DNA of 64,000 nt from Heterodontus francisci (Eukaryota): contig NC_090418.1 in NCBI RefSeq assembly GCF_036365525.1, positions 10,974,856 to 11,038,855 on the forward strand, read 5' to 3'. The notes under the pieces are model-generated. The model did not search any database. It was not told the origin of the DNA and saw only the letters and a program-made list of their open reading frames with translations. Made by a program: the position numbers and the translations under genes. Shown here piece by piece: positions 34,401-49,300 of this stretch. Position 1 is the stretch's first letter. The number at the start of each line of letters is the position of its first letter.

Positions 34401-37400
34401 TGTATTCATGTATTTTCCCAATCCACCTCAGCCACTTAGGCCCTTATTCTTCAAAATTCCCTTTGTTCAAATTTAACACCCTGGCTTCAGATTGAACTAC
34501 CTCACTTTCAAACATAATGTAATATTATGGTCACTCATCCCTAAAGGTTCTTTTACAACAAGATTATTAATTAGCCCTTTCTCATCACATATACTAGATG
34601 TAAAATAGCCTGTTCCCTAGTCGGTTCCACAACATACTGCACCAGAATACCATCCCTAGCACACTCCAGACACTCGACCTCCACAGCATTAATGCTCATT
34701 AGGTTTACCCATTCTATAGTTATTTTCTTTGCATTTCAAAAGAAGTCAAATGCAGACACAACATCAATCAATACCTGCCTGTGTCACACAGCTTCATGCA
34801 GCTTTTATGAAAACTTAGAAACTTCAAGCACACCGTGGACCAATTCTGTAGCACAATCCACTTACACACACACACACACACACACTCTCTCCCCGACTTT
34901 TTCTTCTGGTCACACATTCCAGAAGCATCAAGGTAATTAAACAATCAGAATCAACACAAATTGTCGACTCTGTGAAATAGCTCAGAAATTCCAAAATGCC
35001 AATTTGTGATGGAATACAGGGATAATAGGCTGGAGTAGATATATTTTCGGCATACTTAATATATTATACCTCTTAGAATTAAAGATTGAGTGAATGGTTA
35101 GGGTTTCAAGACTCACTGACATTCCCCTTTAAGAAGGTAGACTTAGAAATTTCGAGGTCCCTGTTGCAAACTTTTAAGTTGGAGAATCCATTTCAGTGCC
35201 TCTGTTGCGAGGGACTTGGTAGATAAACTTGCACATTGAAATATCCTGCGTCATATCAGTAACAGGTAACCATAAATTTAACTAATTGATGGTGTTGGTA
35301 AATGTCGACAGATTGACCCACAAGGGAAGTTCAAACTACAATAAAAAAGGCAATCAAGAGTACTCACAGGAACAAGAGGTCAGGTAAACACAATTATAAA
35401 CATTTTGACCAGATAAATGCTCACAACTTCAAGAGCAAGAGAACTCCAGTAAAACATTAAGTGGAGATGGTAAAGATATGGATTTTAAAAAACAAGGAAA
35501 ACACACACAGGAAGGTAACGCCTATATGCTAAAAGTCAGATGACACTTCAGAAACAGTAAAAACATGAGAAGTTTGAAGCAAAGATTAGAAATGTTGAAT
35601 CCTCAAAAATGCTTCTCAACTACGGGGAATTTAAGGTAAAATGTTTACTTTAAATTTTGATGGAAATTTGGGATATTCTAAGATATTTTGCTGTAACATT
35701 AGCAAGGTTAAACTTTTGGATTCTATGTTAGAAATAAGATTGTGTTACATCTTTTAGTAATATTTAATATTGTAATATACTTATCCACTTAGACGTGTAT
35801 TGCATGTTAACATTTATATATTTATTAAATAATTTAATAAATTGCCACATGTAACATTCTGTATACAACTGCAAAGAACCCCCTCTCTGTGTCTCTTTAA
35901 GTGGAGAGATACGTATTGAAGAGAGTTCCCAGACCCTGACAATATCTGGGATATTTATGACTTAGCCATAATTATTAAAAGTAGGCTATCCGAAAGATGG
36001 TAATATTCTCTGTTGGTTTTCTTTTCTTGAGGGAAACCTAGTACAATTCTTTGGACCCAAATAAGTGTCTGAGAATTTGTCTGGTTTGAACTTGATTAAA
36101 GGAGATTCATAGGGATGTACTCCTGATTTGGTTTGGTCCCTATAAGAGGTTAAAGTCATAAATCACTTCAAATTATTGATTTGATAATCTCATGTTCCAG
36201 AATTAGAGACTCTCATGCAATTCACAACAACCAGAATTTCACCGTGGCCGCAATAAAAGACCGGTTTTCACAACTTAATATGTTAATCAAACTGAACGTG
36301 TGCTCCTCGTGTCTCAGGAGCTGAAGAGGCATCTGACTGCTGCTCCTCCGTACATAATGTCTTCAGGCACATGGGAGACGGTGGTGGAAGTGGAAATGTC
36401 ATTGAACTAGTACTCCAGAGGCCCAGGCTAATGACCTAGGGACATGGATTCAAATGCCACCATGGCAGCTGGTGGAAATTAAATATTCAATTAAACAATA
36501 AAAAAATCAATTAATTCACAAAAATCTGGAATCAAAAGGTAGTCTCAGTAACGGTGCCATGAAACTATCATCGATTGTTGTAAAAGCCCATCTGGTTCAT
36601 GAATGCCCTTGAGGGAAGGAAATCTGCCATCCTGACCTGGTCTGACCTACATGTGACTCCAGACACACAGCAATGTGCTTGACTCTGAACTGCCCTCTGA
36701 AATGGCCTGGCAAGCCACTCAGTTCAAGGGCAATTAGGGATGGGCAATAAATGCTGGCCTTGTCAGTGATGCCCACATCCCAAGAAAGAATGAAAAGACT
36801 TGAACCATGCGGATTTGGGACTCCAAAGTTAGAGATGATAAAGTGGGATGTGGAAAGGAGCAGTGACCGCACTCCGTGTCCCAAAGCCCCCTTGTCAACT
36901 TTTGGAGCTATAGTTTCTGCTCTCATGGACTTACAATCTCACCTCACTTTATTCCAGATGAGAATTGAGGATGAAACACAATTCCCACAACATTGAGAAA
37001 TAATAAAAAGGAGAAGAGAGTTTCAATCTGGCAGTGGTGATTAGGGATAGGTATTCCCACAGTGCTGTTGGGAAGGGAGTTCCAGGATTTTGACCCAGCG
37101 ACAGTGAAGGAACGGCGATATAGTTCCAAGTCAAGATGGTGTGTGGCCTGAAGGGGAACTTGCAGGTGCTGGTGTTCCCATGCATTTTCTGCCCTTGACC
37201 TTCTAGGTGGTAGAGGTCACAGGTTTGGAAGGTGCTGTCGAAGGAGCCTGGGCGCATTGCTGCAGTGCGTCTTGTAGATGGTACACACTGCTGCCACTGT
37301 GCGACGGTGGTGGAGGGAGTGAATGTGTATGGATGGGGTGCCAATCAAGCGGGCTGCTTTGTCCTGGATGGTGTCGAGCTCCTTGAGTGTTATTGGAGCT

Positions 37401-38510
37401 GCACCCATCCAGGCAAGTGGAGAGTATTCCATCACACTCCTGACATGTGCCTTGTAGATGGTGGACAGGCTTTGGGGAGTCAGGTGGTGAGTTACTCACC
37501 TCAGGATTCCCAGCCTCTGACCTGCTCTGGTAGCTACGGTATTTATATGGTTACTTTAGTTCAGTTTCTGGTCAATGATAACCCCCAGGATGTCGATAGC
37601 AGGGAATTTAGTGATTATAATTCCATTGAATGTCAAGGGGTGATGGTTAGATTCTCTCTTGTTGGAAATGGTCATTGCCTGGTACTTGTATGGCACGAAT
37701 GTTACTTGCCACTTATCAGCCCAAGCCTGGATGTTGTCTACACAGGCATTTCTACACGGATTGCTTCAGTATCTGAGGAGTCGCAAATGGTGCTGAACAT
37801 TGTGCAATCATCAGCGAACATCCCTACTTCTGACCTTATGACTGAAGGAAGGTCATTGATGAAGCAGCTGAAGATGGTTGGGCCGAGGACACTACCCTGA
37901 GGAACTCATGCAATGATGTCCTGGGACTGAGATGATTGACCTCCAACAGACACAACCATCTTCCTTTTCACTAGGTATGACTCCATCCAGTGGAGAGTTT
38001 TACCCCTGATTTCCATTGACTCCAGTCTTGCTAGGGCTCCTTCATGCCATACTCGGTCAAATGCTGCCTTGATGATACCTCACCTCGAGAGTTCAGCTCT
38101 TTTGTCCATGTTTGAATCATGGCTGTAATGAGGTAAGAAGCTGAGTGGCCCTGGCAGAACCCAAACTGAGCATCAGTGAGCAGATTATTGCTAAGCAAGT
38201 GCCGCTTGATAGCACTGTTAACGACACCTTCCCTCACTTTACTGATGATCGAGAGTAGACTGATGGGGCGGTAATTGGCCGGGTTGGACTTGTCCTGCTT
38301 TTTGTGTACAGGACATACCTGGGCAATTTTACACATTGCCGGGTAGATGCCAGTGTTGTAGCTGTAATGGGGCATGGCTTATTTTGGGGCACAGGTCTAC
38401 AGTACAATTGCAGGAATATGACCATGATTGTGCAGACAATGAAACCGTTGCCTAGATTGCAACATATTGGGGAAGGAGGGACAGTCAGTCGGAGTCTATG
38501 TTTGGTCTGA

Positions 38511-41500
38511 TTAAAATCTAGTCAGAATTTGGAATATATCCCCCTCTGCTATAAACTCATCTTTCCAATATTGTTTCCCTTTCTGAAGCCCCAGTTCCTT
38601 GGTACAGAATTCCCACATCTGGGGGGACAGCGATGGATTTACAGGCAGTAGGCAGATTACATTGCCTTGTAAAGGAGGCAGGTTTTGCAGCTGAGAGAGG
38701 AAGACACTTTTCACAGCTGATAAATCTTTCCCAAACATGTCTATTCTGTAAACATAGTTTCCCATTGGATCTCTGTAGGGAGCTGTGCCCAAACTCACAG
38801 CACGTGTGTTCTCCTTTCTATCTGCTATCCAGCTGATATCCCGCTTCAGTAAAATATCCAGGTTGCTCTCCAGTGGTTTGAATACGCCTCCTCTGTGAAC
38901 GATTCTCCTGCCCGGCAGCACTGTGTCAATTACGGTTCTGTTCAGGAATACCGACCTCACTTCATCTGGTTGCAGGGAGATCGGTTCCCAATATTCAGCC
39001 CCACTTTTCTTCATGTTACTGATCAGCTCACTCTTCAAAGTGGGAACATTTATTGATGGAAATCGAAGAGAAATCAAGGACTGGAAACAAAAGATATCGG
39101 GGAAAGGGTTAGTGATGAAATGTGAGATGAGGATTAAATATTAAATACATGAAATTTAATGCAAAGTGATACATTTTGGTCAGGAGCACGAGGAGAGGCA
39201 ATACAAAATAAAGGGTACAATTCTAAAGGGGCTTCAGGAACAGAGGGACCAGGGGGCTATGTGTACACAAAGCATTGAAAGTGGGTAATAAGGCACATGG
39301 GATCCTGGGCTTTATAAATAGAAGCATCGAGTCGAAAGACAAGGAAGTTATGAAGGATCCTTATAAAAACATTAGTTTGGCCTCAACTGGAGTATTGTGT
39401 CCAATTCTGGACACTACATTTAGGAAGGATGTGAAGGCTTTAGAGAGGATGCAGAAAAGATTCACGAGAATGGTTCCAGGGATGAGGAACTTCAGTTACG
39501 TGGATAGATTGGAGAAGCTGGGGCTGTTCTCCTCCGAGAAGAGAAGGTTGAGAGGAGATTTGATAGAGGTGTTCAAAATGATGAGGGATCTAGACAGAGT
39601 AGATTGGGAGAAACTGTTCCTATTGGCAGAGGGGTCAAGAACGAGAGGACAATGATTTAAAGTGAATGGCAAAAGAATCAAAGGCAACATGAGGAATTAT
39701 TTTATTTACACACAGCCAGTGGTTATGATCTGGAATTCAGGAGCTGAGAGGGTGATGGAGGAAATATCAGCAGGGCTACGAGGAAAGGGAGGGGAGAGTG
39801 GGACGGACTAAATTGTTCTTGCAGAGAGCCTGCACGGACATGATGGGCTGAATGGCCTCCTTCTGTGCTGTTATCATTCGATGATTCTATATTATTCACC
39901 AGTGGAATGTTTAATAGTAAAAATATTCAGAGAATCTCTCACTATCTCCTTCTTGTAAAATATGCATTTCTGACAAACCTTTTCTGTCAAACCTCATCTG
40001 AAACTATTTTCCAGTATAACAGAATTTGTTTATTACTGGGGTTTGTTAAAATATTCCAGGTGAAATCATTATGCTAATCAATGCAAATCTATGTGAGAGT
40101 TTAGCTGCATGTTAATCGCACCTGTTTGCCTCGTGGATGAAATCCCTTGAAAATGTCTTGCCCTGTGACACCGCTCTGGTTTTTCACCTCCGGGTACCTC
40201 GCTCTTACACACTGGAGAATGTGTTTGTAAATCAGCCGTCCAATTCCTTTGCCCCTTTCTGAAGGATGAACATTTAATGCTTCCATTGCAGCTGTCTGTC
40301 CATCATCCACGATGTGAGCAGAAACCAGAGCGACCTGGAAATAGAGAGGAAGACAGGGAGGATTCCCACTGGTGTCCATGTATCAGAAGCACAAGTGTAT
40401 AAAGCAGAGCGACTGACCTGTTCTTTCTGCCTGATGCTATGGGTTTACATTGGTGTTTCACCTGAAACACTCCAAACTTCTAAGACTTTGCTTCAGATTT
40501 CCATCATCTGCAGATCTTTTGCCATTTGGTTTTAAAGAAAAACAAATCCAGAGTGCGGAGAGAACATTCTAGAATCCAACAGCACAGAAGGAGGCCATTC
40601 TACCCATCAGGCCTGTGCCGGCTCTCCAATTCGTCCCACTCCAGCCTCCCACGTTTTCATTCAATTTTCTCAATGTTTGGGGCCTTGGATAGTGAGGAGA
40701 GAGGGGGTAAATGGGCAGGTATTACACCTCCTGCGATTGCAGGGGAAGGTGACGTGGGACGGGGACGAGGTGGTGGGGGGTAATGGAGGAGTGGACCAGG
40801 GTGTCACGGAGGGAACGATCCCTTCGGAATGCTGACAGGGGAAGGGAGGGGAAGATACATTTGGTAGTGGCATCACACTGGATGTGGCAGAAGTGGCGGA
40901 GGATGATCCTTTGATCTGGAGGCTGGTGGAGTGGAAAGTCTGGACAAGGGGAACCCTGTCGCGGTTCTGGGAGGGAGGGAAGGGGTGAGGGTAGAGGTAC
41001 AGGAAATGGGCCGGACACAGTTGAGGGCCCTGTCAACCACAGTGAGGGGGAATCCTCAGTTGAGGGAAAAGGAAGACATATCAGAAGCACTGTCGTGGAA
41101 GGTAGCATCATCAGAGCAGATGCGTCTGAGACGGAGAAACTGGGAGAATGGAATGGAGTCCTTACAGGAGGCAGGATGTGAAGTGTAGTCGAGGTAGCTG
41201 TGGGAGTCAGTGGGCTTATAATGAATATTATAAGCTCTCGTGCTCACATCTCTGTCCTGGGATTCCAGTGAACATCAACGCAAGCTCGACGAACAGCATC
41301 TCATTTACCGATTAGACACTGCAGCCTGCCGGACTGAACATTGAATTCAATAATTTCAGAGCATGATGGGTCCCACCCCCTTCTTATGTCTATGGAGGAG
41401 TTGAGGAAAATAGCTGAGCAGTGTGGGATCACTGTACGTGGCAAGGCTCGGAAGTCTGAACTCCTAAGGCTAGTGGCCAACCATTTTCCCCTTGAATCTG

Positions 41501-44500
41501 AAGAAGCAGAAGCAGTGTTAGAAGCAGACCCAGACAGGGTACTGCTAGAAAAGATACAATTGGATCAAAGGAAACTTGAATTAGAAGACAGGGAAAGACA
41601 GATAGAGAGAGAGAGACAGGAGAGGGAGAAAGAGAGAGCCTTCCAGAAGGAAAGGGAAGAAATAGGGAGAGAAGAGAGAGAGAAAGAAAGGCAGCAGAAG
41701 GAAAGAGAGAAAGAGGAGAGAGAGAGAGAGACAGAGAAAGAATATGCCTGAAAGAATCCAAAGAAAGAGAGCTGAAGTGGCTTGAGTTAACTAGGGGGCG
41801 ACAGAGTAACCCCAGTGAAAGCATGGTCAATATGCAGGAGCATAATTCAGAGCTGGGTACGAAATTGTTAAAACTCGCCCAACTCATTCCAAAATTCAAT
41901 GAGGAAGATTGGAAACGTTTTTTGTGTCTTTTGAGAAACTGGCAAGGCAGCTAAAATGGCCAGCTGCGACCTGGTCTCTCTTAATACAAAGCAAGCTAAC
42001 TGGAAAAGCCCATGAGGTTTATTCCTTGTTGCCAGATGAGAGTTCTCCTCGGAACATATGAATTAGTACCCGAAGCCTACAACCAAAAGTTTAGAGCCCT
42101 CAAAAAGCAAGTTAATCAAACTTATCTGGAGTTTGAAAGAAGTAAGCAGCTGACTTTTGACCAGTGGCTGGTTGCTCTTAAAATACAGCTCAGCTATGAG
42201 ACTCTCAGAGAAGTAGTTCTGTTAGAGGAATTTCAAATATCTCTCCCACTCACAATAAAGACCCAGGTAGAAGAGCAGTGGGTTCAGGGAGCCATTCGGG
42301 ACGATGAGTTTGCTTTAATTTTTAAGTCGGTTTTCCCGGGGACAACCTTTCCTAATCACCCCCACAAATCCGAAAGGGAAAAAGGGTGAGAAGGTGATAT
42401 CTGCCCAGGCAGTCCTGGGAGAGAAAGGAAAGCAGGAGACACGGGCAGGTCTGGGGATTGGGGGGTCCTCCTCTAGCCAAAAAGGAAGGTGCTATGAGCA
42501 AGAGGACCTGCGTGCTTCCATTGTAATAAAGCAGGGCATTTTAAAGCTAACTGCTGGAAACTAAAGGGAAAACCAGTAGAGTTAAACAGGGCACACCCGC
42601 TCAGTGAAGACGGAATCCTGATGGAAGGCACAGAACAAGCTGTAACTGCATTACGAGTGCAACCCAGGAAGCTTACTGCGGCCAGTGCAAGAAAAGGTAA
42701 TAAGGTTCCTGAAGGTTATCAGGGTTTTATGTCTGAAGGGGAAGTAACCCCATACCCCTCAAGTGGAGCAAGCAAGCCCATAGTGATTCTCAGGGATACA
42801 GGAGCCTCTAGATCCCTTTTCATGGGAAAAGGCCTGACCTTTCCCCCAGAGAGTGCAGTGAACATCACAATGGTGGTGAGTGATATTGGAGGGCAGTGTA
42901 TACCTGTACCTGTACACTGGGTAAACCTGGAGTGCGACCTGGTTTCGGGACCAGTGACCATAGGGATTGTCCCTAGTTTGCCTGGGGACAGGGTTGACCT
43001 GCTCCGAGGTAATCTGGAGGGGGCAAAGGTGCTAGCGCCCCCAGTAGTGAAAGAAAGACCGCAGGAGGTCAGAGAGACAGGGCGGTGGCAGAAGACGGTC
43101 TCCTGCAGTTTCCCTGAATGTGTAGTGGGTCAGGCCATGATCAAACCAGATCCCCCAGAGGAGACTGCATTGGTGCTGCAGGCAGATGGCCAGGCTCGCC
43201 TGTCCGAGACTTTCTTTGGAAAGTTAGGAGACCGAGGGAATGAATTAAATGGATTTTCCCCAGCTGAGGCTTAGCGAGCTGAATCAGTATTGCGAGAGTT
43301 AGCACAGACTGCCCAGTCTGAAAGTGAAGCAGAGGGAGTCCCTGATTGCTACTATTTAAAGAATGAGGTAATGGTGAGGAAATTGAGTTCTCCTCACAGA
43401 TCTGAGGGCAAGGAGTGGACAGTAGTCCACCAGTTAGTGGTGCTGCAGAGGTACCGGGGAGCAATATTAAGAAGGGCCCAAGAGACTACCGTGGCTGTAC
43501 ATGCTGGTATACGAAAGACCAAAGCCCGCATAAGACAACAGTTTGACTGGCCAGAACACCACAAAGATGTGGTGGAGTACTACAGGAGTTGTCACATGTG
43601 CCAGGTTGAGGGGAAACAGCAAGCTGCAGTGAAACCTGCACCCCTAAGTCCCGTACCAGTGTTAGGAGGACCCTCCAGCAGAGGGCTGGTGAACTGTAAG
43701 GGACCCCCGCCGAGAACAAAAGGGGACAGGCAGGCACACGGTTGGCAAAAGTGTGGAAAGAGAAGGGGAAAAAGTGACCAAGAGGGCAGGTTAAAGGAAA
43801 CATTGGCACCTAGAAAAGACAATTCTAATCGGCTTTAAGATTGATGAATGAATGGAAGTGAATGAGAGAAATGCATGGTTTTTCTTTCTGTATCTTATAT
43901 TTCTCTCAAACCTTTCAATGAAATGTGCCGTTTTTATTCAAATCATATTTCATTCCCCTGGGTGTGGAGGTGTCATGCAGACCCCCACCTGCCAAGAATG
44001 AGACACATATTTCACCACATGCACATTGATTTTTAAACTGTTAGTGGAGTAAAGAAAGAATTGGTTTAAGAAAAAACCACCAGACCCTTGACTGGACAGA
44101 CATTTGCATAGTAACAGACTGTAATTGGAAAAGTCAAAAAGGGGCCACTCCCTGCTTCAATTTAATCCATAATGGACTTTTGATTACCAGACGTTGAAGG
44201 TGGAGAGGTTAGCATTCCATGTTAACTGCTAAGATGGCCGAATACACAAACAGACGTGGTCAGACCAGTTTGGTCACATGACTAACTGGCTTTTGGAGTT
44301 TTTTGAATTTGAACTTGCCACAGAGAATTTGAACTCAGAAAGCTGCTTGCTCCTGGATTGAAAAGACCTCGCTCCTGTTTGCTCATCTCTTTCTCACCAG
44401 CTTTGGAATCCATTGAAGACACAGGAACCCCAAGAGAGAAAAGTCTCCTACAGTGAACAAGGTTTAAGAAGAATACTGGGCCCCAATGAAAAGCAAGAAT

Positions 44501-46311
44501 TGCCAACAAGCAAGAACTACCTATAAAAAGGACGACAGTGAGCTCGAAGCACAGGAACAAGAAATTCTTCTGATATTGCCTCAAACCTCTCCACTTTATT
44601 TTTCTTCTGCTCTTTTCTGTCTCTATTTGCATGTGCGTACGGCTTATGCATGCCAGTGTCGGGCGCGCCTTGTATCAGTAGTCGCTAACCGAATTAGAGT
44701 TTAAGTTTAGGTTTTAATAAATTTCGCTTTTCTTCTTTAAACCTAAGAAAGCCTGTTTATGCTCATTTCTTTGCCTTATAATTGGAAAGTGGTGAACAAG
44801 GATTCACCAAAGGGGGAGCTCAAAACACAGTGTGTTTAAAATTAAACCCTTGTTACAATAAGACCAGGTGACGGCTGAGATAAACCCCTCGACATCTTTC
44901 TCACCTGGTCGTAACAGGACAAAATTGAACAAAAACAGAGATTTGTGGTGAATGGCTGTTTTTCAGATTTGAGAGGGGTATACTGTGGTGTTCCCCAGGA
45001 TTCAGTACAAGAACAACTGATGTTTTTGATACCATTAATGACGTAAAATTGCAGGTAGAGGGCACGGTTTTGGAATTTGCAGTGGATGTGAAACTTCTTC
45101 TAAATGGTACACACTGCTGCCACTGTGCATCGGTGCAGGAGGGAGTGAATGTTGAAGGTGGTGGATGGGGTGCCAATCAAGCGGACTGCTTTGTCCTGGA
45201 TGGTGTCGAGCTTCTTGAGTGTTGTTGGAGCTGCACCCATCCAGGCAAGTGGAGAGTATTCCATCACACTCCTGACTTGTGCCTTGTAGATGGTGGACAG
45301 GCTTTGGGGAGCCAGGAGGTGAGTTACTTCCCGCAGGATTCCTAGCCTCTGACCTGCTCTTGCAGCCACGGTATTTGTATGGCTACTCCAGTTCAATTTC
45401 TGGTCAATGGTAACCCCTGGGATGTTGATAGTGGGGGAATTCAACAACCGTATTGCCATTGAATGTCAAGGGGAGATGGTTAGATTCTCTCTTGTTTGAG
45501 ATGTCATTGGCTGGCACTTGTGTGGCCCGAATGTTACTTGTCACTTATCAGCCCAAACCTGGATATTGTCCAGGTCTTGCTGCATCGGGACACGGACTGC
45601 TTCATTATCTGAGGAGACACGAATGGTGCTAAACATTGTCCAATCATCAGCGAACATCTCACCTTATGATGGAGGGAAGTTCATTAATGAAGCAATGTCA
45701 CACGGACACTTTCACCATTCCTCCACGACGATCACAGCAACAATCTCTGGGCTCTAACAATTAGTGAGATGATGGCTATCTAAAGAAAATGGTCCTGAGC
45801 AGAACAAGATACGATATAGGCCAATTAACGAGGAACGATGCAGCCAGATTTATATCGGCTTCCATTTTTGAGGAGACTGGATCAAAAGGTGCAGATGTTG
45901 TACCCGACTGTGACAAACTAGCAACGAATCCTTTGATCGGTTTTGATCCAATTCCTCTGTAACTGACAGACAAAGTTTTACCCTCAATATTAATGTGTTT
46001 ATTACTGATATCACAGAGTGATTTCAGCTTCACTGATTTTGGTTGTAAATTATTTTAAATGGAGACAAGTGAAATTGTGATTTAAACTGGATTGATGCAA
46101 AGTGTAATCTAATAATCTATAACAGGATTATTTTCAAAATTCTAAAAGGAACTCACCACTCGACTGTTCCGTTTTGCTAAAATGACCATTCGGTTTCTCT
46201 CTTTGAGCCAGTGGTGGTAGGTGCTTGGCAAGTAATCTGTCTCGTTGACAAGGAGGGAGAGAACCTGCTCAAAATCCTCTTCTGTAGCCTGGGAAAAGTC
46301 CAGGTCTAACT
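38511..46311 (-). CDS. nat16: NAT16/HISAT-like, copy 2, core exons 46311-46157, 40334-40122, 39080-38511
   Basis: Same structure and splice sites as copy 1, open frame. Differs by I>V (QCI/VR) and V>E (KDV/EF) in the core. Confidence 0.9.
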
Positions 46312-49300
46312 CTGAGTACTTGACACATAAATAAAAGAAAAAGATTAATATCACAGCTGAATATAGCATGAGGTTTGGCTTCTGATTTACAGGCGGAATG
46401 CGATGATCCCAGGCCTCAGGGGCTGACAGTCACTCAGGCACCAAGTGCAGAGTTTCGTTTGATTCGATAGTTCATGTCTGCGTCTATAGATGGTAATTGA
46501 GTTAACAAACATGAAGAGCAACAACACGTATCAAGCAACATTGATATATGGGGAAGGGGTGATATGCCAGTGGCAGCTGAACAGATGCTTAACATTTTCC
46601 AGCCCAGGCCTGGCGATGGACGGAGAAACCAATTGTGTGCCAGTTACATTGAAGTCTGCTCCCCTTGGATTTGAGATGGGCGAAGATGTGGGTCACACCT
46701 GGAGGAACCACGGTGAGAGAGAGAAAGAGTTTGACCTGGTGCAGGGAGACAATGATGGAAATGAGAGAGTGATTGAGCAGATCGGCAGCTGCAGAAGTGT
46801 TAGAGTGAATGGATGGCCAAAGGCTAGACAATAGGGAGTTTAAAAGTGCCACTGTAAATGGAGTGTGGGAGAGTTTCATCCAGGGTGGATATCGCAATGA
46901 CTGATGTTGGAATGGAGTTGGGAGATTGCAAGTGGTGAGTGATACGAGGAAGTGATCAGAAATGGTTTTGTCTGTGATGGAGATGAAGGGATTCGAGAGA
47001 CTATGAGGGACGGCAAGGTCGAGGGGGTGGCCATGGAGATGGGTCATTAATTTATATGGAAGCAGAGGTTAAGGGAGGATCGGGAGGGAGTGAAATGAGA
47101 GGAGAGAGGGTACGGGCAGTTGAGATATAGTTTGAAATCACTGAGGATGAGGAGTCACCTAGTGCAGAGGCTGAGGGAGAGACGGAGTGAGGGGATCTCA
47201 GAGTGAGGTTTGGGTGGATGGCGGAGGACGTGGATTTTAAAGAAGAGGTGATAGGGGTGGAACAAAGTGAAAGAGTAAAAGGAGGAGAAGGTGCCAGAGG
47301 GGATGGGGTGGAGACCAAGGTCTGAGTTGGTGAGACCTCTGCACGGCCAGCATAATGAAAGGAGCTTGACATAACTTACCCCTCTGGTACAGCACATCCT
47401 CACTCCCGGCCGATCCATCAGTCGTGTACCTGGTGTTCTCCGGTAAGTGTGGATCCCAAAACCTGTCAGTGCCCTGGATACAGGAGGGCTGGATGTGAGA
47501 TGTGTGGAAGGGCAGAGCATGGAGGCAAATAAAATGAACTTTCAATGTAGTAATCTGAAACTGCAACATCAGTTTCTCCATGGAAACCGACACCCAGGTC
47601 CATCTCACCACCACCTCTCTCGGCCCCTGTACTGTCTCTAAATTGTCAGACTGCTTGTTCAACATCTAACACTGGATGACTAGAAATTTGCTCCAACTAA
47701 ATATTGGGAAGACCGAAGCCATTGAGCTGAATTTAATGCCGGAGGCGGTGGCCATGACAGTGGGCCGGAAAGCTGGGGGCAACCCCACCGTAAATGATTC
47801 CTGGAGCCCCGACACGGCTCTATTCCCATCAGGCAATTAACTGCCTGGCATTGGCCACCCGTTCCTTTCAGAGCAGAGATCCTGCATCCAGGAGCTGCCA
47901 GCCAATTGGAGGGCCGCCACCTCACCAGTCGCAGTGGTGACACTGGGAGGAGTGATCACTGCTGGGACTGCACCCGGCCAGGACCAACAAGATGGAACAG
48001 GTCCCGGAACCCAGGGAAGTGGGGTCAGGCTGACCGGGGCCAGTCAGGCTGGGTTGTAAGGGGCTTGTTGGTGAGGGCAGAGTGGAGGGTGTTTCAGTGG
48101 GGGCAGCTCTCTCCACCGGCTGTCCCCTCCATGGGCCACAGGGTGCTCGATCAGGAGGGCTCCCCACAACCCGAGCCCACATGGAGGACGACAGCTTTTA
48201 CTGGGTAGACTTCCCACGTGCTGGAGGGACCCCCAACCCATCGGCCATTGGGGCTCAGGGCGTGAATGCCGTCCTCCACCATCCCCCCCCCGATTGAACT
48301 AGATGGAGTCGGGAACGGCGACAGGCATTCCACGTCCCACATTCCCTTCCGATTCTACGGCCTCCTACGAACCTACGAATTAGGAGCAGAAGCAGGCCAT
48401 TCGGCCCCTCGAGCCTGCTCCGCCATCAATAAGATCATGGATGATCTGTTTGTGTCTCGAATTCCACACTCCCATCTAACCAGATTATCTTTGATTCCCT
48501 TACCTAACAATATTCAATGACCCCGCCTCCACCATCTCCTGAGGCAGGGAGTTCCACAGTCGCACAACCCTCTGAGAGAAAAAAATTTTCCTCCTCTCTG
48601 TTCTAAAAGGGTGACCCCTAATTTGAAAACAGTGCCCCCTAGCTCTGGACTCACCCACAAGAGGAAACATCCTTTCCACATCCACCTTGTCAAGACCGTT
48701 CAGGATCTTATATACTTCAATCAAGTCTCCCCTCACTCTTCCAAACTCCAGTGAAAACAAGCCCAGTCTGTCCAACCTTTCCTCAGAAGACAACCCACTC
48801 ATTGCAGGTATCAATCTAGTAAACCTCCTCTGAACCCCCTGCAACACAGTTACATCATAATAAAGGATAGCATTCCATTAGCCTTCTTTATGACTTGCTC
48901 TGCCTGTGTGAGTCTTGTGACTGAGGATAATCAAGGTTTAGTTGTATCTAAAGTCTAGTGTTACTTTTAAGTGGAAAATTAACTTAACAGTTGCTGTTTG
49001 GGTTGGAGAAGGTGAGTTTTAGACTAGCTTTAAACAGAGTTCACTCAGGCTCTGCTTGCAGCTGCACCTTGTTCATTAGATAATTGGCTGAAACCAGTTT
49101 TCAGGGACTCGAGTCAGACAGTATAAAAGTGGGCCATCTTACAGTACTGACTTTGCACTGGAGTGCTGACTTGGGTTGCATTAGAGTGCTGAAGTGTGAG
49201 TTTTGTGACTGAGGGAGTTCGGTGAGGAGGGAGTGAGGAGCTCCTTTCATTTCCTACCTGTCCTCAAAGGGTGTGAGGGGAGCCGAGAGATTCCACATAG